NCBI GenBank assembly: GCA_031414595.1
Contig: JANNVX010000088.1
Span: forward strand, 64,001 to 128,000
Source of the DNA: Deinococcales bacterium
GTDB taxonomy: Bacteria; Deinococcota; Deinococci; Deinococcales; JAAFIG01
Reading direction: 5' to 3'
DNA: 64,000 bases
Under the pieces are notes generated by a model that saw only the letters and a list, made by a program, of their open reading frames with translations, did not search any database and was not told where the DNA came from. The stretch's first letter is position 1; each line of letters opens with the position of its first letter. Shown piece by piece: positions 48,799 to 58,989 of this stretch. The translations under genes and the position numbers were made by a program.

Positions 48799-49968
48799 TT
48801 AAGAGTTTCTTGCTTTGAAATCTTCGTAAGTAAATTCGCGCACCACATCAAAACTGCCGTTTTCGCGCAGAATGCCAATGGCTGGGTGCTTCACGCCATT
48901 AAACATTGTGGTTTTCACAATGGTGTAATGAATCATGTCATCAAACACAAGTCGGCTGCCAATCTCGAGCGGCTGGTCAAAACTGTAATCCCCAACAATA
49001 TCGCCAGCCAAACAGGTTGTGCCACCAAGTCTGTAAGTGTGTGGTTTCTCGAGCGCTTCGCCAGCACCAAGAATTTCTGGGCGGTATGGCATCTCGAGAC
49101 AATCTGGCATGTGCGCCGAAACAGAAATATCCAGAATCCCAATTCCCATGCCGTTGTGCATTAAATCCACCACACTCGAGACCAGCCACCCTGTTTGCCA
49201 GCCGACTGCTTCGCCCGGCTCGAGAATGACTTCTACGCCCCATTTTTCTTTGAAGGCTTTAATTACCCGAATTAACCCATCCAAATCGTAACTGGCTTTG
49301 GTAATATGATGCCCACCACCAAAATTAACCCATTTGACTTGTGGTAAAAACTCGGCAAAATTCTGTTCAATCACAGCAATGGTGCGCTCGAGTGTATCTG
49401 CGCCCTTGCCGCACAAACTATGAAAATGCAATCCATCTAAGCCCTCAAGTAAATCTGGTCTGAATTCTGCTTTGGTCACACCGAGCCTCGAGAAAGGCAC
49501 ACATGGGTCGTAAAGAGGTGTTTCGACTTCGCTAAACTCTGGATTGACTCGAATACCAGCCGAAACATGGCGCGGTGCATCTTTGACCATCTGACGAAAC
49601 CGAGTCCATTGCGAAAAGGTGTTGAACGAAATATGGTCAGCAATTCCCAGAATTTCGCCCATGTCATCTTCGGTAAAAGCTGGCGAGTAGACATGGACTT
49701 CACCACCAAATTCTTCATGCCCGAGCTTGGCTTCGTACAAGCCAGAAGCGGTTGTTCCGTGTAGATACTGCTTGATAATTCCAAAACTTGCCCAGAGCGA
49801 GTAGCCCTTCAAAGCACAAATAATTTTAGCCCCAGACTCGAGTTGTACCCTGTCCAGAATTTCCATGTTGCGTCGCAAGCGTGATTCGTCCAGCACATAG
49901 CACGGGCTTGGAAACTGCGAGAAATCAATTTCGGAAATCGGTTTAGGTTGTGCCGTTGGTTTATTCAT
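48799..49968 (-). CDS. nspC: Carboxynorspermidine decarboxylase
   Basis: PCYVLDE, ALKG, LYDPC...SRLG, GLHFH, NFGGGH, LEPGEA, CLAGD. Confidence 0.95.
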   Translation of the reverse strand: MNKPTAQPKPISEIDFSQFPSPCYVLDESRLRRNMEILDRVQLESGAKIICALKGYSLWASFGIIKQYLHGTTASGLYEAKLGHEEFGGEVHVYSPAFTEDDMGEILGIADHISFNTFSQWTRFRQMVKDAPRHVSAGIRVNPEFSEVETPLYDPCVPFSRLGVTKAEFRPDLLEGLDGLHFHSLCGKGADTLERTIAVIEQNFAEFLPQVKWVNFGGGHHITKASYDLDGLIRVIKAFKEKWGVEVILEPGEAVGWQTGWLVSSVVDLMHNGMGIGILDISVSAHMPDCLEMPYRPEILGAGEALEKPHTYRLGGTTCLAGDIVGDYSFDQPLEIGSRLVFDDMIHYTIVKTTMFNGVKHPAIGILRENGSFDVVREFTYEDFKARNS

Positions 49969-49979
49969 AAGATACCCAC

Positions 49980-50054
49980 AGGACAGACACAGGGGTCTGT
50001 CCCTACAAAAAATGAAACGGGTATCTCGTAGGGGCGAACCCCTGTGTTCGCCCT
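49980..50054. repeat. Divergent pair of GTAG-type REP elements
   Basis: GTAGGGACAGACCCCTGTGTCTGTCCT (-, 49980-50006) and GTAGGGGCGAACCCCTGTGTTCGCCCT (+, 50028-50054). Confidence 0.85.
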
Positions 50055-50122
50055 GCCACATAACGAAAATTCATTGACGTTCAAGAAATTTTGAAGTTTG
50101 AGAAATAGGATACAACCTAGTT

Positions 50123-50311
50123 TCATTTGTTTCCCACTGCTGCAAAAGCCAAAGCATCCGAAACGTCTTCAATTTGTATGTGTGGGTAAGCCTCGAGAAT
50201 TTGCGGTACGGTAAACCCTGCTGCCATTTTCTCGAGAATGGCTTCGACGGTCACTCGAGTTCCAGCGATAACTGGTTTGCCCATCATAATTTGTGGATTG
50301 CTAGAAATCAT
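50123..50311 (-). CDS. DUF433 antitoxin-like protein (orphan)
   Basis: NPQIMMGKPVIAGTRVTV...ILEAYP...DALAFA. Confidence 0.85.
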   Translation of the reverse strand: MISSNPQIMMGKPVIAGTRVTVEAILEKMAAGFTVPQILEAYPHIQIEDVSDALAFAAVGNK

Positions 50312-50325
50312 AAATTGATGATACC

Positions 50326-51564
50326 TTAATTCACCGTTTTCACGCGCTTATTCACAAAGTCCATCAGCACATACTGCCCAATGTTATGCGGCGTGGTGAA
50401 GTACGCTTTGCCGTGGGTCATTTCTGAAACTTTTTTAACAAAGCCAATTAAATCTGGGTCTCGAGCAAGCATAAATGTGTTGATTTGAATCCCAGCCCGA
50501 CGGCACATGGCGACTTCGCGCAATGTTTCGGACAGTACAAAAGGGTCTAAGCCCCAAGCGTTTTTATAAATCCGACCGTCAGGTAATGTTAGGGCAGAGG
50601 GTTTGCCATCGGTAATCATCACGATTTGTTTCATGTCTTTGTTCTCGCGCTTCAGGAGTTGCTGCGCCATGCGAAGCCCAGCCGCCGTGTTGGTGTGGTA
50701 CGGACCGACTTGCACTTGAGCTAATTTCTCGAGTGGCACTTGTTCGGCGCTGTCATGGAACAATACAAATTTAATTGTGTCTCCTGCGTACTGATGCCGA
50801 ATCATATGTGCCAATGCCAAGGCGACTTGCTTGGCAGGCGTAAAACGGTCTTCGCCGTACAAAATCATGCTGTGTGAACAGTCCAGCATCACCACAGTGG
50901 CGGCGCTGCTTTGGTACTCGGATTGACGAATCACCAAATCAGATTCGGTGATATTCTCGAGACCCTTTGAGACCAAATTTTTCATGGTGCTGGTTACATC
51001 GAGGTTTAAGGTATCGCCAAATTCGTAGTCTTTGAGGTCGCCAGTCATTTCCACACCACTCGAGTATTCGCGGGTATCGTGCCGTCCAGCACTGGATTTA
51101 CCCAAGCCGCCCAAAATATCTCGCAGGGTCTTGTAGCCCATAAAATCAATGCTTTTTTGGGTCAGTTCAAAACGGGCATCGCCAGAATTGCCCACGCCAC
51201 CTTCGCCTTGTGGCACAGCGCTTTCTCTTGTCGGGTCGTCTACCCGAATCATGCCTTCGTCTTGGAGGCGTTGAATCATTTTATTGATTTCTTGGTTTAA
51301 TCTGGTTTGCGAAAAATCCTTACTGGATTGAGCTTCCTTGAGCATATCCTCGGGAATCATGTCGCGTTCCATCAAGGCTTGCAGAATTGCTTCACGCAGT
51401 TCATCCATGCTCGAGCCAGCATTTGGGTCTGGGTCGTAGGGGTTATTGAAGGCACTACCGATAATGCTGTCACGAATCATGTCCATGAGGCTGCCTGTGT
51501 CAATATCATCTAAGGTGGATTCGTACTTGGAGTATCGGGTTGAACGGCTGGTTGTGCTTAACAT
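50326..51564 (-). CDS. vWA-domain protein, partner of the chelatase/MoxR-like ATPase
   Basis: MIDAS motif DCSHS, HTNT, ITDGKPS. Confidence 0.9.
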   Translation of the reverse strand: MLSTTSRSTRYSKYESTLDDIDTGSLMDMIRDSIIGSAFNNPYDPDPNAGSSMDELREAILQALMERDMIPEDMLKEAQSSKDFSQTRLNQEINKMIQRLQDEGMIRVDDPTRESAVPQGEGGVGNSGDARFELTQKSIDFMGYKTLRDILGGLGKSSAGRHDTREYSSGVEMTGDLKDYEFGDTLNLDVTSTMKNLVSKGLENITESDLVIRQSEYQSSAATVVMLDCSHSMILYGEDRFTPAKQVALALAHMIRHQYAGDTIKFVLFHDSAEQVPLEKLAQVQVGPYHTNTAAGLRMAQQLLKRENKDMKQIVMITDGKPSALTLPDGRIYKNAWGLDPFVLSETLREVAMCRRAGIQINTFMLARDPDLIGFVKKVSEMTHGKAYFTTPHNIGQYVLMDFVNKRVKTVN

Positions 51565-51583
51565 AATGGCTGCTCCTCGAGAA

Positions 51584-51862
51584 TTAGTAAACTTCGTCGT
51601 GTGTTCCAATGTCAATTAATAAAATATCGTCTTCTGGGTCGTTCTTTGTAAAATCAAACACAATTCTTAAATCATAGCCAGCGCTACAAGCAAATGAGCC
51701 TTTTAGTTTTCCTTTTAACTTATGCGTTTCTAAACTTGGTTGGAATGGGTCAGCACTTAATTTCTCGAGTACAATTTGAATACCTGCTTGCATTGAAGGA
51801 TTCTTAGCAACAAAATGCTTATAAGCTCTTCTAAAACTCGAGGCTGGGACGACTTGCCTCAT
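51584..51862 (-). CDS. YafQ/RelE-family toxin (copy 3)
   Basis: [21 protein letters not shown]. Confidence 0.9.
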   Translation of the reverse strand: MRQVVPASSFRRAYKHFVAKNPSMQAGIQIVLEKLSADPFQPSLETHKLKGKLKGSFACSAGYDLRIVFDFTKNDPEDDILLIDIGTHDEVY

Positions 51863-52071
51863 GAATTTAAGTCATCCATTAACTCAGCTACACTCATGGC
51901 TTTTAGTTTGCCTTGGGCAAATTCGGCTCGAGAGAACTCGATATTTCGAGCAATTTCATCGCGCCGTAACTCGAGGTCACGCTTTTGAATAATACTAACC
52001 AAAGTCTGCCAGTTTTCCCTTGGTAGGCGTTCAACAAAATCTAAGGCTTCGTCTAAAGTTACGGTTTGCAT
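51859..52071 (-). CDS. Putative antitoxin (copy 3)
   Basis: MQTVTLDEAL...; coupled upstream of the toxin. Confidence 0.8.
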   Translation of the reverse strand: MQTVTLDEALDFVERLPRENWQTLVSIIQKRDLELRRDEIARNIEFSRAEFAQGKLKAMSVAELMDDLNS

Positions 52072-52096
52072 TGCTTTCCTCCTTTTCTACTCGAGG

Positions 52097-52393
52097 CTAT
52101 TTGTACACTTGGTCGTGCGTCCCAATGTCGGTCAAAATAATAGCTGCTTCTTCGGGTGGTTTTCGTTTCTCAAAATAAAATACGATTCGCAAATCATATG
52201 CTACTTCAACTGCCCATAAACCTTTCATTCTACCTTGTAACTGATGAATTCCAAGTTGTGGGTGAAATGGTTCTATCTCGAGGCGTTCTAAAATACTTTC
52301 GATACTCGAGTCTGAATCTGGATGTTGACGTAAATACTTTTTTAAGGCGCGGTCAAAGGAAGCATTGGTGATAAGTTCGCGCCGATTTCTCAT
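52097..52393 (-). CDS. YafQ/RelE-family toxin (copy 2)
   Basis: [20 protein letters not shown]. Confidence 0.9.
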   Translation of the reverse strand: MRNRRELITNASFDRALKKYLRQHPDSDSSIESILERLEIEPFHPQLGIHQLQGRMKGLWAVEVAYDLRIVFYFEKRKPPEEAAIILTDIGTHDQVYK

Positions 52394-52602
52394 TCTCTTG
52401 CTTCTTTCATGATTTGTGCCACAGTTTTTGGTTTGAGAATTCCTGCTTCATAATCAAGTTGTGCTTGGGCTGCGTTGCGCTGCACTTGGTCTTGCCATTC
52501 TTCTATTTCTTGTTGTCGTAAAATCTCGAGTAAAGCATGGCGTTGGGTGGGTTGTAGTTGCTGAACGACTGTGAGAGCTTGGTCTAAAGTGACGGTTTGC
52601 AT
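52390..52602 (-). CDS. Putative antitoxin (copy 2)
   Basis: MQTVTLDQAL...; coupled upstream of the toxin. Confidence 0.8.
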   Translation of the reverse strand: MQTVTLDQALTVVQQLQPTQRHALLEILRQQEIEEWQDQVQRNAAQAQLDYEAGILKPKTVAQIMKEARE

Positions 52603-52620
52603 TATTCTCCTCCTAAAATC

Positions 52621-52905
52621 TCAACGGTAAACTTCTTGATGTGTTCCAATGTTGACCAACCAAATTTCTTCTTGCAAATCTTTGGTTTTTTGAATTACAA
52701 ACACGATTCTTAGGTCATAACCAGCACTACAAGCGTAATGATTCTTATATTTTCCTTTGAGTTTATGGGTTTCTAAAGACGCTTCAAAAGCGTTGACCGA
52801 TAGTTGTTGTAGAACTTTTGTAATTTGAATCTGAAAATCTGGATGAATTGCTAGAAAACGTTTGTAAGCTCGCCAAAACGAGGTATACGTTCGTATTTCT
52901 CTCAT
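52621..52905 (-). CDS. YafQ/RelE-family toxin (copy 1)
   Basis: [21 protein letters not shown]. Confidence 0.9.
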   Translation of the reverse strand: MREIRTYTSFWRAYKRFLAIHPDFQIQITKVLQQLSVNAFEASLETHKLKGKYKNHYACSAGYDLRIVFVIQKTKDLQEEIWLVNIGTHQEVYR

Positions 52906-53105
52906 TGCTGCAATGCCTTTAAGGTTTCGGCTAGGCTATTTGTTGCAAAATTGCCATTTTCCATTGCGCTCAAAGCATCGTTGCATTCCTGTACGAATTC
53001 CTCATGCTGATTGTTTTTTTGTATCAACTCGACTAATGATAGTTGTTCTTCTCGAGGTAGTGTTTGTACTACATCCATAACTTGCTGAAGGGTCATTTGC
53101 TGCAT
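52902..53105 (-). CDS. Putative antitoxin (copy 1)
   Basis: MQQMTLQQVM...; coupled upstream of the toxin. Confidence 0.8.
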   Translation of the reverse strand: MQQMTLQQVMDVVQTLPREEQLSLVELIQKNNQHEEFVQECNDALSAMENGNFATNSLAETLKALQQ

Positions 53106-53106
53106 T

Positions 53107-53673
53107 CTATTCTCCTCCTATGCCTTCGTAAATTTGTTCTAAAGTTAGTGTGGTGCTTGGGCATGGAATTTCTATGTTACCGTCTGTGTAATGCTCGTGT
53201 TGCCAAGTCCCATTCTCGAGCCTACGGTGCATTTCCACCAGTCTTTGGTCTTGATGCACAATCATGTAGGCTTTGAGGCTTTCAATGCGCTGGTAATTGG
53301 TTTTTTTCTCGGTTAAGTCAATTCGTTTGGTGCTTTCGGATAAAACTTCAACCACAAAACAAGGTTTGGTCTTGAAAAGTGCACCGTCATCGGTTTCATC
53401 ACAAATAACAATCACATCGGGATAATAAGAAACTTTTGGTGGTTCAACAATCATTACTTTCATATCGCTTTGCATGATTCGGCAGTGTTTTGTTTTCTTG
53501 GCTCGAGCCACAAGGGTTAATTCAAAGACGATATTCCCCACGATTAAATTATGGGTTTCGGTTGCTCCTGCCATGGCATACAATTGCCCATCCACATATT
53601 CATGCTTAATGAAAGCACGCTCTTCTTGCTCGAGGTACTGTTCTAAGCTGAGTGTGGATAGGGTCGTGTTCAT
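53107..53673 (-). CDS. Uma2-family endonuclease
   Basis: HEYVDGQLYAMAGA, YYPDVIVIC, VVEVLSEST, EKKTNY. Confidence 0.93.
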   Translation of the reverse strand: MNTTLSTLSLEQYLEQEERAFIKHEYVDGQLYAMAGATETHNLIVGNIVFELTLVARAKKTKHCRIMQSDMKVMIVEPPKVSYYPDVIVICDETDDGALFKTKPCFVVEVLSESTKRIDLTEKKTNYQRIESLKAYMIVHQDQRLVEMHRRLENGTWQHEHYTDGNIEIPCPSTTLTLEQIYEGIGGE

Positions 53674-53688
53674 GCCTTTATGCTACTC

Positions 53689-55116
53689 CTAATTCCAGCC
53701 TTTACCGCGTCCGCGTACCTGTTCTTGCTCTGGAGCGCTGTATCCCATTTCTTCGCTTCTCGAGACTTTCTTCTTGCCGTATAAGCCCTCGAGAATAAAT
53801 TCGGCGGCGGCAATCGTGTGGGCATCGGACGCGCCCTCTGCCAGTTCCCTTGCCAATTTAATCAGGCTTGGCACTTTCTCGAGTTCTTTGATTGCACTGT
53901 TCGAACTTCCAAGTTGTGGGATGTTGAGTGTATTGCCCTCTTCAAACCACTTTTCTAAGCCTTCGGTGTTGTTGCGTGGCATTCTGCGGCTATAGACTGC
54001 GCCGGCGGCTTTACGAATAATATCTTTGGCGATGTTGTCCGCGCCTTTCATTTCGCCTTCGTACTCGAGTTCGAGTTTACCTGTAATGGCGGGCAAGCCA
54101 GCGTAAATGTCCACTGGTCGGGCAACGACTTCTTCGCCGCTCACAATGGCACGGCGTTCGGCATTACTTGCTACCAACTCGAGCAGACTAATCGGTAAGC
54201 GCTGCGAGACACCACTTTGTTTGTCCACACGGTTGTCATCTCGGGCTTGAAAGGCAATTTCTTCGGCAAGTTCTGCCATATAGCTTGGAATGGCAGCCCG
54301 CATTGTGCCGCCATCGGTCAGCCATGCTTCTTGTTGGGTGATTTCCATGCCAAGGTGAACATGATTTGGGTAGTGGGTGCGAATTTCTGAGCCGATGCGG
54401 TCTTTGAGTGGCGTGACAATTTTACCGCGTGCCGTATAGTCTTCTGGGTTGGCACTAAAAACCAACATCACATCTAGCTCGAGCCGAATTGGGTAGCCTT
54501 TAATTTGCACATCGCCTTCCTGCATGATGTTAAATAAGCCCACTTGAACTTTTGGCGACAGGTCGGCAAGTTCGTTGACTGCAAAAATCCCTCGGTTGGC
54601 TCGAGGCAGTAAGCCGTAATGAATGGTCAGTTCATCGCCCATTGTTTTGCCAAGTCGGGCTGCTTTAATTGGGTCTACATCGCCAATCATATCGGCAACC
54701 GTCACATCTGGGGTAGCAAGTTTTTCGACATAGCGCTGTTCCCTTGGCATCCAAGCTATCGGGGTTTCGTCGCCAAGTTCAAGTAAAATTTTATGGGCTT
54801 CGCTCGAGATGGGGTTCATTGGGTCGTCGTGCAGTTCTGAACCAAGAATGTAGGGGATTTCTGGGTCAAGTAAGTTGGTAATAGCGCGTAAAATACGGCT
54901 TTTGGCTTGTCCACGCAAACCAAGCAGAATAAAGTTTTGCTGCGCCAAAAGTGCATTGACCACTTGTGGTACAACGGTATCTTCGTAGCCCATGACACCA
55001 TGAAAAATCGTTTCTTTAGCACGGAGTTTTTTGATTAAATTCTCACGCACTTCTTGTTGGACGCTGCGAGGACGGTAGCCACTGGCTTTAAGTTCTTTTA
55101 GGGTAAGTGCTTTCAC
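53689..55116 (-). CDS. AAA+ ATPase, Mg-chelatase/MoxR-like
   Basis: [36 protein letters not shown]. Confidence 0.9.
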   Translation of the reverse strand: MKALTLKELKASGYRPRSVQQEVRENLIKKLRAKETIFHGVMGYEDTVVPQVVNALLAQQNFILLGLRGQAKSRILRAITNLLDPEIPYILGSELHDDPMNPISSEAHKILLELGDETPIAWMPREQRYVEKLATPDVTVADMIGDVDPIKAARLGKTMGDELTIHYGLLPRANRGIFAVNELADLSPKVQVGLFNIMQEGDVQIKGYPIRLELDVMLVFSANPEDYTARGKIVTPLKDRIGSEIRTHYPNHVHLGMEITQQEAWLTDGGTMRAAIPSYMAELAEEIAFQARDDNRVDKQSGVSQRLPISLLELVASNAERRAIVSGEEVVARPVDIYAGLPAITGKLELEYEGEMKGADNIAKDIIRKAAGAVYSRRMPRNNTEGLEKWFEEGNTLNIPQLGSSNSAIKELEKVPSLIKLARELAEGASDAHTIAAAEFILEGLYGKKKVSRSEEMGYSAPEQEQVRGRGKGWN

Positions 55117-55261
55117 GCCTTCATTCTACGCCTTGAGGTCTTTCTAAGATTGTGCCTTACGCAACTTCAAACCGCCAAAAAGAAGTACGGCTTACGGTGT
55201 TCTTGACAAGACAAACAGCGCTTGACGAAACTTTTTTTGAAATGCGGGTTACACTGTTCTC

Positions 55262-55882
55262 ATGGTGCGAATTCTCTTAATCGAGGACAACCCAGACCAA
55301 GCCTTCGTCGCCAGTCGTTTTCTCGAGCGGGCTGGTTTTTCGGTGGCGCACCAAAGTACCGCCGCTACTGGACTGATGAGCGCCAAAACAGGCGGTTTTG
55401 ATTTAATCATGCTCGATTACGGCTTGCCCGATTCAGATGGTTTAAGTGCCTTAGAAGCCCTTATGCCTTTGGGAATCCCAATCGTTTTGGTGACAGGGCG
55501 CAGCGAAGCACAACTGGCGGTTAAAGCCCTCCAAGCAGGCGCAGCCAATTATATTGTCAAAGACAGCCATTACTTGGGTAAACTGCCCGAGATAGCCAAA
55601 GATACCTTGGCGCGGGTTGCGGCTAAACCTGTGGTCTTTGAATCCAAACGCCACATCAGCCAAGAAGAGAGTTTAGAGCGTTTCAGGCAATCGGTGCGCC
55701 AAGCCCTTAGCCCAATGGTGCAACATTTTAAGGAACGAATCTTAGAAACCACCTTCGCCGATGCTGTCACCGAACTCGAGAACACCTTAGAAAGCGCTGA
55801 AGGTGTCCTAGATGAAGAACTCGAGGCGCTAGACCAACTTTTATACGAAGAACTATCTCGAGCATTGCAACCACAAGCCTAA
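55262..55882 (+). CDS. Response regulator receiver with helical C-terminal extension
   Basis: ILLIEDN, LDYGLPD, GAANYIVK. Confidence 0.85.
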   Translation: MVRILLIEDNPDQAFVASRFLERAGFSVAHQSTAATGLMSAKTGGFDLIMLDYGLPDSDGLSALEALMPLGIPIVLVTGRSEAQLAVKALQAGAANYIVKDSHYLGKLPEIAKDTLARVAAKPVVFESKRHISQEESLERFRQSVRQALSPMVQHFKERILETTFADAVTELENTLESAEGVLDEELEALDQLLYEELSRALQPQA

Positions 55883-55950
55883 GAGCAGAGAAAAGAGGAA
55901 GGAGGAATAGGTCAATCGTCTTCCTCTTTTCTCCTTCCTCCTTCCTCTCT
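55882..55950. repeat. Purine/pyrimidine heptamer inverted-repeat element between convergent genes
   Basis: AGAGCAGAGAAAAGAGGAAGGAGGAA ... TTCCTCTTTTCTCCTTCCTCCTTCCTCT; similar to 41185-41252. Confidence 0.7.
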
Positions 55951-56397
55951 TAAAGCCCTCTGAATCGTCCCATACGCAAAACCACGGCGCATTAAAAATG
56001 CTATCGCTTTGGCTTCGGCGCGTTCGCCCATAAAACGATTTTGGTACTTCTCGAGCAATGCAAGGGCGACGGTAAAGTCGGTATCGGTATCCCTTGTAGT
56101 CAGGACATCTTCAATCACGTGTTTATGAATGCCCCGTTTACTGAGTTTGCGTTGTACCCCAAATTTACCAAGGGCAGCGTCTTCGTTGGTTCGTTTGGCA
56201 ATGGCGGTGTCGTTCAAAAAACCAAGTTCACGTAAACGAGCAATGATATTCGTAATGATTTCGCTGCTGGTTTTACGCAGTTTTAATTTTTTCTCGAGTT
56301 CATATTCAGTCAATGCCCGAGCCGATAACGCTCGGATGGCGTATTGCAAAGCATCTTGGGCAGACATCGGTTTAGGGTCAAATTTCTTGCCGTACAT
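55912..56397 (-). CDS. recX: Regulatory protein RecX
   Basis: AIRALSARALTEYELEKKL, LRELGFLND, FLMRRGF. Confidence 0.92.
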   Translation of the reverse strand: MYGKKFDPKPMSAQDALQYAIRALSARALTEYELEKKLKLRKTSSEIITNIIARLRELGFLNDTAIAKRTNEDAALGKFGVQRKLSKRGIHKHVIEDVLTTRDTDTDFTVALALLEKYQNRFMGERAEAKAIAFLMRRGFAYGTIQRALREEGGRRKEEDD

Positions 56398-56400
56398 AAT

Positions 56401-57570
56401 TTAATTGGCGTTTAAGAAACTGAGGATGCCCTTGGCAATTCCCGAGGCTAATTTTTGTTGATACCAAGTTGTGCCCAAGTTCTTGCCCTCGACTGGGTGT
56501 GTGCCAAAGCCCGTTTCGATTAAAATACTTGGAATTCTTGGCTTTTTAATCACCCAAAACTCGGCTTGCTTGACCCCTTGATTGTACGCGCCCGTCGCAC
56601 TGATGATGTTATTTTGCACCAAACTGGCAAGCCGATTTGAGAACCTGACATTGAGTTGTGCCAATTGGTCGTTCAGTAAATCCTGAGCGGCGTTTCTGGC
56701 GGCTCGAGTTAAGGCTTTACCAGTGCTACCACCACCGTTTTCGCGTTCGGCTTGGGCGAGGGTTTCGGCATCGGGCGATTGTCCAAAAAGGTAAGTGGAT
56801 ATGCCCTGCGCCCGAGCATCAGCGCTATTGACATGAATACTGACAAAGGCATTGCGGTTACTGCTGCCCATGTTTGCCCTTGCATCTAAATCACAGCGTT
56901 TATCACAACCATTGCTGCCTTGCCAAGCATAATCGCCAGTGCGGGTCATGATGACGTTGACACCATTACTCTCGAGAATCGCCCGTACTTTTAAGCCAAG
57001 ACTAAGCGTCACTTTTTCTTCGGTCACATAACCGACCATTCCGGGGTCTATGCCGCCGTGACCGGGGTCTAGCACCACAGTTAATTTTGGTTTGACTGGC
57101 GTTTTGGGTTTACTGACCAAAGGTTTTGTTGGTGCGCTGGTTGCTGCCACCACGCCTAACTGCTTACCAAGGTCTATAACAATGCGGTTTGGCTGGTCGC
57201 CAGTTGGGTCTAGGGTAAAGGCTTTCCAGCCCTTACTTTTACTTAAATCAAAAGTGGTGCGTAAAGTTAAAATCACACTTTGGTTGAGGGTTTTTAATTC
57301 CCAAAATGCCAATTCTGGTGTGTCAGAACTGCCATTGCCATTGACTGCCTTGGCGGGAGTAATCGTCATTTGAAAGGTTTTACCGTTAGTCGTCACACTA
57401 AATTTTGGTTTGGTCGGGGCATCCAAGACCACTCGAGTAAAACTACCTTGTTCATGGGCGGCAATGCGTGGTGTTCCTACGCCATTAAGCTGCGCTAAGC
57501 CAATCGAAAGCCCCAAAAATAAGAGCATCGTTGCTACGCCAAAAGCGCCAAGAAACCGAGAAGTTTGCAC
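56401..57570 (-). CDS. N-acetylmuramoyl-L-alanine amidase (Amidase_3)
   Basis: LDPGHGGIDPG, EEKVTL, SIHVNS, ILIETGF; start approximate. Confidence 0.92.
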   Translation of the reverse strand: MQTSRFLGAFGVATMLLFLGLSIGLAQLNGVGTPRIAAHEQGSFTRVVLDAPTKPKFSVTTNGKTFQMTITPAKAVNGNGSSDTPELAFWELKTLNQSVILTLRTTFDLSKSKGWKAFTLDPTGDQPNRIVIDLGKQLGVVAATSAPTKPLVSKPKTPVKPKLTVVLDPGHGGIDPGMVGYVTEEKVTLSLGLKVRAILESNGVNVIMTRTGDYAWQGSNGCDKRCDLDARANMGSSNRNAFVSIHVNSADARAQGISTYLFGQSPDAETLAQAERENGGGSTGKALTRAARNAAQDLLNDQLAQLNVRFSNRLASLVQNNIISATGAYNQGVKQAEFWVIKKPRIPSILIETGFGTHPVEGKNLGTTWYQQKLASGIAKGILSFLNAN

Positions 57571-57656
57571 GTTCCTATTATTCCAAGAAAAACCGATTCT
57601 GTACAGGGGTTTAAGCACCAATACCACTATATTTGGTAGCTGCACCCAACCAGACC

Positions 57657-58559
57657 TCAAGTGAGCGTATGATGAACCAAATATTCTCGAGCTTTTTGTT
57701 TATCCACCTCGAGTTGGGCAATCAAAGCGGGTAAACCACTAAATTTTTGTTCGCTGCGAATAAAACCTTCAAAGTAAACACTGACTTCAAAACCATAAAT
57801 ATCTTGGGCGAAATCAAAAATATGGACTTCAAAACTCTCGGTCATGCCGCCAATGGTTGGGCGTGTGCCAATGTTAGCAATCGCGGGGTGCAAAACACCG
57901 TCTGGAGTCTCGAGCCGAACAGCATAAACCCCTTTTGGTAAGAGTTTTCCTTCTGGTACAGCAATGTTAGCCGTTGGTGTGCCAATCGTGCGCCCAAGTT
58001 GCTGACCCAAAACCACCACGCCCGAGGCATGGTACGAACGCCCAAGCATCGCATTGGCTGCCGTTACTTCGGTGTTCTCGAGCGCAGCGCGAATGCTTGA
58101 GGCATGAACTTCTGAACCGTTGAGGGTTTGCATCTCGAGCGTGTGAACAGTTGCTAGGGTCTCGAGGTCTGGAATACCACCGCTTCGGGCATTGCCAAAG
58201 CGAAAATCCCTACCGACCACAATCTCTTTTGGATTTAGAACGCGAATATCTTCTAAAAAAGCATTTGGCATTCGGCTCGAGAATTCTTTGGTAAACGGCA
58301 CGGCAATCACTTCAGAGACTCCAAGACTTTGCAGAATCTCGAGTTTTTCGGCTAAAGAATATAAGAATTTACTGCCCTGCAAAAGCACCCGAGTTGGTTG
58401 GTCAAAAGTAAAGACCACACTTGGTAGATGGTTCTCAAAAGCCAAGATTTTGAGTTTCTCGAGCAATGCCAAATGCCCAAGGTGCAAGCCATCGAAAGAG
58501 CCAATGGCAACCACGCTTTGGGTTTTGGGACGGTCAAACGGGGATTGGTAAACACGCAT
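57657..58559 (-). CDS. ribF: Riboflavin kinase/FAD synthetase
   Basis: GSFDGLHLGH, DFRFG, GRTIGTPTAN, NIGTRPT, EVHIFDF. Confidence 0.96.
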   Translation of the reverse strand: MRVYQSPFDRPKTQSVVAIGSFDGLHLGHLALLEKLKILAFENHLPSVVFTFDQPTRVLLQGSKFLYSLAEKLEILQSLGVSEVIAVPFTKEFSSRMPNAFLEDIRVLNPKEIVVGRDFRFGNARSGGIPDLETLATVHTLEMQTLNGSEVHASSIRAALENTEVTAANAMLGRSYHASGVVVLGQQLGRTIGTPTANIAVPEGKLLPKGVYAVRLETPDGVLHPAIANIGTRPTIGGMTESFEVHIFDFAQDIYGFEVSVYFEGFIRSEQKFSGLPALIAQLEVDKQKAREYLVHHTLT

Positions 58560-58626
58560 GGGGCAAATCATAACGCAGATTCTTATGTGCCGTAAAATCG
58601 AGTTTTTGTGTATACTGTGTCTGGTG

Positions 58627-58989
58627 ATGCCAATGATTGAAGTGAGTGTTTATACCCCAGAAGAAGTGGCTAAAACTTTACGCATCAGTGAAGAAACGGT
58701 GCGTCGAGAAATCAGAGCCAATCATCTTGGCGCACAGCGAATTGGTAAACAGTACCGAATCGCCCCGAGTGACTTGGTGGCGTACTTAGGCGAAGCTCGT
58801 TTTATTGAATGGTTTGCGTGGCGCAGCGAATTTCGCGCTTTCATTGGTCTGGGTGGACTCCCCGAAGTTCAAGCCTTGCAAATTGCGAAACAAGCCGTAA
58901 AAGAAGTACGTGCCGAAGCACCAACGCCAAGTGCTGGCTTGCCACAACCAAGTATTGAAGAAATTCGCAAAAAATTAAGGAAAAAGTGA
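58627..58989 (+). CDS. Excisionase-type HTH protein, putative antitoxin
   Basis: YTPEEVAKTLRISEETVRREI...IGKQYRI; coupled to the PIN gene. Confidence 0.75.
   Translation: MPMIEVSVYTPEEVAKTLRISEETVRREIRANHLGAQRIGKQYRIAPSDLVAYLGEARFIEWFAWRSEFRAFIGLGGLPEVQALQIAKQAVKEVRAEAPTPSAGLPQPSIEEIRKKLRKK

Noticed and set aside
49969-50061. N-terminal extension of nspC
   Set aside because: It is the translation of the REP doublet; the likely start is 49968.
51565-53690. Integron cassette array
   Set aside because: Spacers are only 1-25 bp with no attC-like hairpins, and there is no intI nearby.
55117-56420. Deinococcal radiation/desiccation response motif near recX
   Set aside because: No convincing 17-bp palindrome was found by eye.
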